The notes under the pieces: generated by a model
What the model was told of the DNA's origin: nothing
Seen by the model: only the letters and a program-made list of their open reading frames with translations
The model's database searches: none
Program-made: the position numbers and the translations under genes
Assembly (NCBI GenBank): GCA_965195285.1
Contig: CBDAFS010000033.1
Coordinates: 1-12,797, forward strand
DNA length: 12,797 bases
Direction of reading: 5' to 3'
Source of the DNA: an uncultured Aminicenantes bacterium
Lineage (GTDB): Bacteria > Acidobacteriota > Aminicenantia > UBA2199
Part shown: positions 7,070 through 12,797 of the stretch, piece by piece
How positions within the stretch are numbered: position 1 is the first letter of the stretch
How the letters are laid out: every line of letters starts with the position of its first letter

Positions 7070-8178
7070 ATATCGCCATTTTAAATTATCACCGGATCGG
7101 GGGTTCGGGGATCGTGGCCTATGAAATCGGAAGGGCCATGGCCGAAGACCTTGGACACCGGGTTCACTTTGTCGGGTTGGAGCCCCCTTTTCGCCTGAGA
7201 GATAATTTCCTGGATCGGATTACCTTCCATCGTGTGGAAGTGAAAGAGTATCCGGTATTTGATTATCAGCCTTATGCCCTGGCCCTGGCTTCTCAGTTAT
7301 CGGAAATCATTCTGAAAAATGAAATTGATGTGGTACACAGTCACTATGCCTTGCCTCATGCCATTGCTGCCCTGTTAGCTCGGGACATCACCGGAAGAAA
7401 AGTGAAGTGTGTGACCACCTTGCATGGAACCGATATTACCATTGTTGGTGCCCATCCCAGTATGGCCAATATTACCCGATACGCCATAGAGAAAAGTGAT
7501 GTGGTCACAGCTGTATCCAACAGCTTGAAGCGGGATACCGAGGCCAAACTGGGAATTCGGCCGGGAAAAATCAAAACCATCTATAATTTTGTCAATACCC
7601 GGGATTTTAATCCAGACCTGAAGAAAATCGAGCTGTCACAATGTAAAAATACGGTCATGATCCTTCATATTTCCAATCTGAGACCGGTGAAGAATCCCCT
7701 TGATGTCATAAAAATCTTTTACGGTATAACCAAAAAACTGGATTTGAAATTAAGACTTTGTATTCTGGGAGAAGGTCCCCTGCAGACGGAGATGATGAAA
7801 CTGGCTTCTGAAATGGGAATCGGCGGATTGATAAATTTTTTGGGTTCCTACAATGATCTGGGTCCTCTTATTGTTGCCTCCCGGTTGATGTTGTTGCCCA
7901 GCATACAGGAATCGTTCGGACTGGTGGCACTGGAATCCATGGCCTGCGGGGTTCCGGTAGTGGCCAGCCGGGTGGGGGGACTGTCCGAGTTGATTGATGA
8001 TGGAATTAACAGCTGTTTATTCGAATCCGGGAACCTGGATGAAGCGGTTGAGAAATCAGTTAATTTGCTTAAAAATCCGGATTTTTATCTGAAACTGAGT
8101 CAACAGGCGGTCAAAACTGCCAACACAACCTTCTCACGGGAAAAAATCATTCATCAGTATGAATCCGTTTATCGATAG
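7066..8178 (+). CDS. bshA: N-acetyl-alpha-D-glucosaminyl L-malate synthase (GT4 glycosyltransferase)
   Basis: GGSGIVA, YPVF..PYALALAS, HYALPHA, TTLHGTDIT, HISNLRPVK and ESFGLVALESMACGVP. True start is ATG 7066 after SD AAGGAG, not 6862. Confidence 0.93.
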   Translation: MNIAILNYHRIGGSGIVAYEIGRAMAEDLGHRVHFVGLEPPFRLRDNFLDRITFHRVEVKEYPVFDYQPYALALASQLSEIILKNEIDVVHSHYALPHAIAALLARDITGRKVKCVTTLHGTDITIVGAHPSMANITRYAIEKSDVVTAVSNSLKRDTEAKLGIRPGKIKTIYNFVNTRDFNPDLKKIELSQCKNTVMILHISNLRPVKNPLDVIKIFYGITKKLDLKLRLCILGEGPLQTEMMKLASEMGIGGLINFLGSYNDLGPLIVASRLMLLPSIQESFGLVALESMACGVPVVASRVGGLSELIDDGINSCLFESGNLDEAVEKSVNLLKNPDFYLKLSQQAVKTANTTFSREKIIHQYESVYR

Positions 8179-8193
8179 ACCAGGAGTCTCAAA

Positions 8194-9921
8194 ATACGTT
8201 CATTAAAGATTCTCTTACCCTATTTAAGATCCCACTCCCTTGAGTTAAGCTTGGGTTTCAGCTTGATGGTGATTCATAACTTCACTTATATGAAGATCCC
8301 CATCTATTTCAAGGAGATTCTGGATGAAATCATGGGAAACAATCGGATGGGGGTTATCCGGGCCAATATTTTTCCTGTGGTTATTTATACCCTGATCACG
8401 GTGTTAGCCATGGTTTATATGCGTAAATTGATTATCGGGGTGTCCCGGAAAATTGAATACCGGTTCCGGGTACGGTTATATGAAAAATTGCTGTCATTGA
8501 ATTATTCATTTTATATTCAAAATGAAACCGGTGATATTGTCTCACGTTGTACCAATGATTTGAATGATGTACGAACCCTGCTGGGACCGGGTATCATGTA
8601 TGTGCCCAATGCTCTCAGTCGATTATTGATTTTTTTCCCGGTGCTTTTCAAGTTAAATTTTCAGATGTTAATCATTATCTCCCTTATGCAGGGCGGCCTG
8701 GTGGTTTTGATTATTTTGATATTACCGCGTATAAGGCCTCTCTATCAGAAGATCCAGGAATTTGTCGGTTCCATCAACAACCGGGTATGGCAGGTGGTCT
8801 CCGGGATTACTACCATTAAGTTGTATACTCTGGAAAAAACTGAGGTCAAACGGTTCGAACAGTTGAATCAGAAATATATTTCCCAGCAGATGTCCCTGGT
8901 GAAGCGCATTGGTTTTTTGTGGCCATTTTTTCTCTTTGTCATTTCCCTCACCGAATTGGTGATCCTGTTGATGGGTGGCCGGGAGGTTATTGCCGGCCGC
9001 ATGACCCTGGGGGAATTATTGCAGTTTACCATCATGGTATCCTATCTGACCTTTCCGGTTCTTTCCATGGGCTGGATTATGTCATTGCTGCAGCAGGGAA
9101 TCAGTGCTATGAAACGGATCAGTCATATCTTGCTCCAACCTGAAAAAAAAGAGTCCGGGCAGGGTTCTCTCAAAGAAAGTCTATTTGATATTCGCATTAA
9201 TCGTTTAACTTTCTGTTATCCCGGGAATAACCGGGAGGTGCTGAAGAATATCTCCCTGGATATCCGTCCCGGCCAGATCATTGGAATTGCCGGGCCGGTC
9301 GGTTCGGGAAAGTCAACCTTGCTCCAGCTGATCAGCGGGATTTTCAGGCCCGATCCGGATATGATCCACATCAATGGTCGGGATATAATCTCCCTGGATC
9401 CGGATGGACTGATGCAGAATATTTCCATGGTCCCCCAGTACACGTTCCTATTTTCAAAAAGCATTCGTCAAAATATCCTGATGTCAGCCAGGTCGGATGG
9501 GCAAAAACTCGATTCGGTGGTTAAAACCGCCGGGCTGTTCGATGAATTGGGTACTTTCCCCAATGGGATTGACCAGGTGGTGGGTGAAAGGGGGATTACC
9601 CTGTCAGGAGGCCAGAAGCAGAGAATCGCTATTGCCCGGGCCTTGATGAAACAGGCACCTCTATTGATTTTTGATGATGCGCTTTCCAGTGTGGATTCCA
9701 AGACCGAATCCCATATTATGGAAGAGATTATTCGGCAAAAATCCTTTTCAACCTTTATCCTGGTTTCCCATCGTATTTCATCTTTGAGATATGCGGATAT
9801 CATATATGTGCTCAAAGACGGTAAGGTTATTGAAAAGGGAACCCATGACCAATTGATCCGGCAACAGCGGTGTTATTGTCAAATGGCCCGATTTCAACAA
9901 CTGGAGGAGGTATCCGGATGA
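8194..9921 (+). CDS. ABC exporter subunit 1 (fused TMD-NBD, heterodimeric type IV; MdlA/YheI/TM287-like)
   Basis: Hydrophobic TMD, Walker A GPVGSGKST, signature LSGGQKQR, degenerate Walker B LIFDD, and SHR. Start proposed at ATA 8194 (SD AGGAG 8182-8186); the ORF track starts it at TTG 8251. Confidence 0.9.
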   Translation: MRSLKILLPYLRSHSLELSLGFSLMVIHNFTYMKIPIYFKEILDEIMGNNRMGVIRANIFPVVIYTLITVLAMVYMRKLIIGVSRKIEYRFRVRLYEKLLSLNYSFYIQNETGDIVSRCTNDLNDVRTLLGPGIMYVPNALSRLLIFFPVLFKLNFQMLIIISLMQGGLVVLIILILPRIRPLYQKIQEFVGSINNRVWQVVSGITTIKLYTLEKTEVKRFEQLNQKYISQQMSLVKRIGFLWPFFLFVISLTELVILLMGGREVIAGRMTLGELLQFTIMVSYLTFPVLSMGWIMSLLQQGISAMKRISHILLQPEKKESGQGSLKESLFDIRINRLTFCYPGNNREVLKNISLDIRPGQIIGIAGPVGSGKSTLLQLISGIFRPDPDMIHINGRDIISLDPDGLMQNISMVPQYTFLFSKSIRQNILMSARSDGQKLDSVVKTAGLFDELGTFPNGIDQVVGERGITLSGGQKQRIAIARALMKQAPLLIFDDALSSVDSKTESHIMEEIIRQKSFSTFILVSHRISSLRYADIIYVLKDGKVIEKGTHDQLIRQQRCYCQMARFQQLEEVSG

Positions 9922-11681
9922 AAGTGATCGGGAAGCGCATAGCCGGACTGGATCTGAATTTTTTGAAACGGTTTTTGCCCTACTTGAAGAAATCCACCTG
10001 GCTGGCCATCTTTTCATTTGGGCTGATGATTGCCGCCAATCTGACCGGGGTTTTACAACCCTATTTTATTAAAATTGGTATTGACAAGGATATTGCCAAT
10101 AAGGACTGGCCGGGCCTTCTCAATACCGTTTCGATTCTGGGGATTGTCTTGGTAGCCGGATTCATCTTTCAATTTTTATATAATTTATTCATTCAATTGT
10201 TGGGTCAACGGCTGCTCTATAATCTTCGCCTGGATCTTTTTAAAAAACTGCTATCGCTTTCCCAGGATTATTTTGACCGCACTCCGGTGGGCAAAACCCT
10301 CACCAATCTAACCAATGATGTAGAATCGGTCCGGCAATTCATCTCCGAAGGGGTGGTCACGGTAGTGGGAGAGATGTTAAAAGTAATCTTCATTTTTGCG
10401 GCCATGCTGATGGTTAATGTCAGGCTGGCCATCCTGGCCTTCATCACCGTACCCCTCTTTGTGGTCGCCACTCTGTTCTTCAGGAAGCGTATTCGCTCCG
10501 GCTATGCAGATGTCCGGCGGGCCAATGCCCAGATTAATACCATGTTGATGGAATCCATCACCGGAATCAATGAAATCAACCTCTTCAACTATCAGGCCAC
10601 CAGCCAGGAATTATTCGGTGAGGCCAACCGTAAATATCTGAAGGCTTTTTTACAGGTGGTCAATTCCTACTCGTTCTATTTTCCGGTCATCGAGCTGGTT
10701 ACCAACGCCGGTATGATTCTGGTTTTCTTATATGCCCACTTTCAGATGGGGATGACGATTCTGGTGGGGGAGATATTTATTTTCTTTGCCTATATCCAGA
10801 TGTTTTTCAGACCCCTGAGGCAGCTGGCAGAGAAGTTTAATTTATTTCAGTCGGCCATGGCTGCAGCGGAACGGATCTTCAAATTGATGGATCAAAAGAG
10901 CAAAATAACCGAAGTGTATGCCCCGGCATCAGACCCGGTTGATATCCGGGGGGATATCCGTTTTAAATCAGTCAACTTTGCCTACCAGGAGGGCCAGTCG
11001 GTTTTGAAGGATCTTTCCTTTACCATCAGTCAGGGTGAAAAAGTGGCCCTGGTGGGAACCACGGGCAGCGGAAAAACCACCGTCATCAAGTTACTCAACC
11101 GTCTCTATGATGTGAATACCGGTTCCATTACCATTAATGGGACCGATATCCGTCAATATCCCCTTAGTGAACTCAGAAGAGCCATCACCACCGTTCCCCA
11201 GGATCTGTTTCTATTTACCGGAAATGCCCTGGAAAATATTTCCCTCTATGACCCGGGCATCACCCGTAATCAGGTGATTGCTGCGGCCCGCCAGGTCAAT
11301 CTGGATTCTTTTATCCGGAAACTGCCGGGTGCCTATGATGAAAACCTGCTGGAAGAGGGTAAATCACTGTCCTCAGGCCAGAAACAACTGCTGAGCTTTG
11401 CCCGGGCCTTTGTCCGGGATTCCAATATGATCATTTTGGATGAGGTGACTGCCAACATTGATTCCGGAACCGAAGCCCTGATTCAGGAAGCCACCCGCAG
11501 GTTGATTGCTGAAAAAACTGCCATCATCATTGCCCACCGCATGTCCACCATCAAATTGGTGGATCGCATCCTGGTATTTCACAAGGGAGAGCTGGTGGGA
11601 GACGGAACCCACCGCCAGTTGATGAAAGAAAAGGGCATCTACGCCCAGTACTACCGCATGCAATCCTTACTGTCCAGGTAA
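9918..11681 (+). CDS. ABC exporter subunit 2 (fused TMD-NBD; MdlB/YheH/TM288-like)
   Basis: TMD, Walker A GTTGSGKTT, degenerate signature LSSGQKQL, Walker B IILDE, and IAHR. Start ATG 9918 follows SD GGAGGAGG and overlaps the subunit 1 stop as ATGA. Confidence 0.93.
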   Translation: MKVIGKRIAGLDLNFLKRFLPYLKKSTWLAIFSFGLMIAANLTGVLQPYFIKIGIDKDIANKDWPGLLNTVSILGIVLVAGFIFQFLYNLFIQLLGQRLLYNLRLDLFKKLLSLSQDYFDRTPVGKTLTNLTNDVESVRQFISEGVVTVVGEMLKVIFIFAAMLMVNVRLAILAFITVPLFVVATLFFRKRIRSGYADVRRANAQINTMLMESITGINEINLFNYQATSQELFGEANRKYLKAFLQVVNSYSFYFPVIELVTNAGMILVFLYAHFQMGMTILVGEIFIFFAYIQMFFRPLRQLAEKFNLFQSAMAAAERIFKLMDQKSKITEVYAPASDPVDIRGDIRFKSVNFAYQEGQSVLKDLSFTISQGEKVALVGTTGSGKTTVIKLLNRLYDVNTGSITINGTDIRQYPLSELRRAITTVPQDLFLFTGNALENISLYDPGITRNQVIAAARQVNLDSFIRKLPGAYDENLLEEGKSLSSGQKQLLSFARAFVRDSNMIILDEVTANIDSGTEALIQEATRRLIAEKTAIIIAHRMSTIKLVDRILVFHKGELVGDGTHRQLMKEKGIYAQYYRMQSLLSR

Positions 11682-11763
11682 ATTCGTTTTATTTCTTTCT
11701 GACCAAAAAATCAACAGCTCAAACTATTGAAATATTTCCACTCTGAATACTACTTATGTGGAA

Positions 11764-11794
11764 TTGACATCCGAAAATATTTATATATTATAAT
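11764..11794 (+). promoter_or_regulatory. Sigma70-type promoter for the acyltransferase gene
   Basis: TTGACA (11764-11769) with either TATAAT (11789-11794, 19-nt spacer) or TATTAT (11786-11791, 16-nt spacer), in an AT-rich intergenic region. Confidence 0.6.
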
Positions 11795-11846
11795 TGGTGT
11801 GAGACTTCATTATTTCAGCAGAAAATTTAGATTTGCGGTTTAAAAG

Positions 11847-12707
11847 ATGAGAAAAGAGACAAAAAAAATCCCACTGCCTGCTGTGAAGCTCCTCAGTGAA
11901 AAGGGATACCGCCTCTATGAAAGAACCGGTCGTCTGGTAAGCAATATGTTTTTATTACCCAATCGGTTCAAGGTCCATGGCCTCGAAAATAAGATTGAAG
12001 AAGGACCGAACATCATTGTTGCCAATCACACTGGGGCTGGGAAAGACACGGCAGCACTTTATCGGATCTACAAACGAATGGTTTTTTTCTGTGCCTCTCA
12101 CTACCTGTTTGACTGGAAAGACTTTGATAAAGAGATTAAAGATAACTATATGAGAATGCTTATACCCAATGTCAGGTTACGAGAACTGGCCAATCTGTTG
12201 CTTTTTCCTATTCGTCGGCTCTTTGTCAAATTCTCGGCACCTCGCATTAATGACATCGGCTGCATTCCAGTTTTCAACAGCAAGGAAGTATTGAATTCGG
12301 ATTGGGCCAGAAGGAATAGCGAATTGAAAAATTTAATCAAATCATATCTCCTGGACAACAGAGCCGTCATCCTGTTACAGGCCAATCTCCGTCAAGCCAG
12401 TGACTTCAATTCCTATGTTCGTAAATTTAAACACGGGGCTGCCAAGATCGCACTGGAATTATTTCGGGAATTCGATGGGTTTGAAGTACCGATCACACCG
12501 GTGAGTATTTACGGAGCAGAGGGATTGATGACCATTGGTTCTACGGTTTCGCTGCGGGTGGGTAACCCCATGACAGTAAAACCGTTTCTGTCCAAATCCA
12601 ATCCGGTTGTAGCCCTGACCGAAGCCCTGGAAAAGAGAGTAGTCGAGATGGTAGAAAATGATATTGAAAAGTATGGCCATAGAAAGCAAAAATTACACAA
12701 ATTATAG
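11847..12707 (+). CDS. Lysophospholipid/glycerolipid acyltransferase family protein (PlsC-like, divergent)
   Basis: VHGLEN, PNIIVANH...D, GCIPV, FKHGAAKIA, VPITPVSIYG and LRVGNP follow the LPLAT family pattern. The catalytic motifs are atypical. Confidence 0.8.
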   Translation: MRKETKKIPLPAVKLLSEKGYRLYERTGRLVSNMFLLPNRFKVHGLENKIEEGPNIIVANHTGAGKDTAALYRIYKRMVFFCASHYLFDWKDFDKEIKDNYMRMLIPNVRLRELANLLLFPIRRLFVKFSAPRINDIGCIPVFNSKEVLNSDWARRNSELKNLIKSYLLDNRAVILLQANLRQASDFNSYVRKFKHGAAKIALELFREFDGFEVPITPVSIYGAEGLMTIGSTVSLRVGNPMTVKPFLSKSNPVVALTEALEKRVVEMVENDIEKYGHRKQKLHKL

Positions 12708-12756
12708 GTTTCGAGGAAAACCCCAACCGGAATCCTGATTAAAGTAATCTGAGTGA

Positions 12757-12797
12757 ATGAGAATTGCCAGGCACACACTCATATGGGCAGGAGGATG
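12757..12797 (+). CDS. Possible start of the next gene (MRIARHTLIWAGG...), truncated by the window edge
   Basis: ATG 12757 is open to the end of the window, and the basic-then-hydrophobic start resembles a signal peptide. Its SD is weak. Alternatively, AGGAGG at 12789-12794 is the SD of a gene starting beyond the window. Confidence 0.25.
   Translation, partial: MRIARHTLIWAGG

Noticed and set aside
8176-8193. UAG read-through fusing BshA to ABC subunit 1 (the two are in the same frame)
   Set aside because: A shared frame has a one-in-three chance, an independent SD precedes ATA 8194, and there is no sign of recoding signals or pyrrolysine genes in the window.
9870-9917. Upstream start for ABC subunit 2
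   Set aside because: ATG 9918 has a strong SD (GGAGGAGG) and an ATGA overlap.
11682-11735. Intrinsic terminator after the ABC genes
   Set aside because: T-rich but with no GC-rich stem; cannot be supported.
12707-12781. Weak inverted repeats (GGTTT/AAACC; TGAGTG/CACTCA) as a terminator or ncRNA
   Set aside because: Short stems, no U-tract, and no resemblance to an RNA family I recognise.
1-12797. CRISPR array, tRNA/rRNA, transposase, prophage or defence system
   Set aside because: No regularly spaced repeats, cloverleaf structures or corresponding protein motifs were seen; nearly all of the sequence is explained by metabolic genes.

Overview
Bacterial chromosomal window with two divergent operons sharing a back-to-back pair of near-consensus sigma70-type promoters (3550-3649). 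The leftward (-) operon encodes an M20 metallohydrolase, a GNAT acyltransferase and an N-succinylamino acid racemase/OSB synthase (NSAR/MenC-like), which matches the known D-to-L amino acid conversion triad. It is followed by the 5' part of a Hanks-type Ser/Thr kinase that is missing from the ORF track and carries an in-frame GTAG-type REP palindrome. The rightward (+) operon encodes an MBL-fold hydrolase, a SAM methyltransferase (candidate bacillithiol N-methyltransferase), an unusually short BshC, BshB1, BshA and a heterodimeric ABC exporter whose first subunit appears to start at a non-canonical ATA. This looks like a self-contained (N-methyl-)bacillithiol synthesis, use and export locus. 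A separately promoted, motif-divergent PlsC-like acyltransferase ends the window. No rRNA, tRNA, CRISPR array or transposase was seen. All functional calls come from motif recognition by eye, without database searches.
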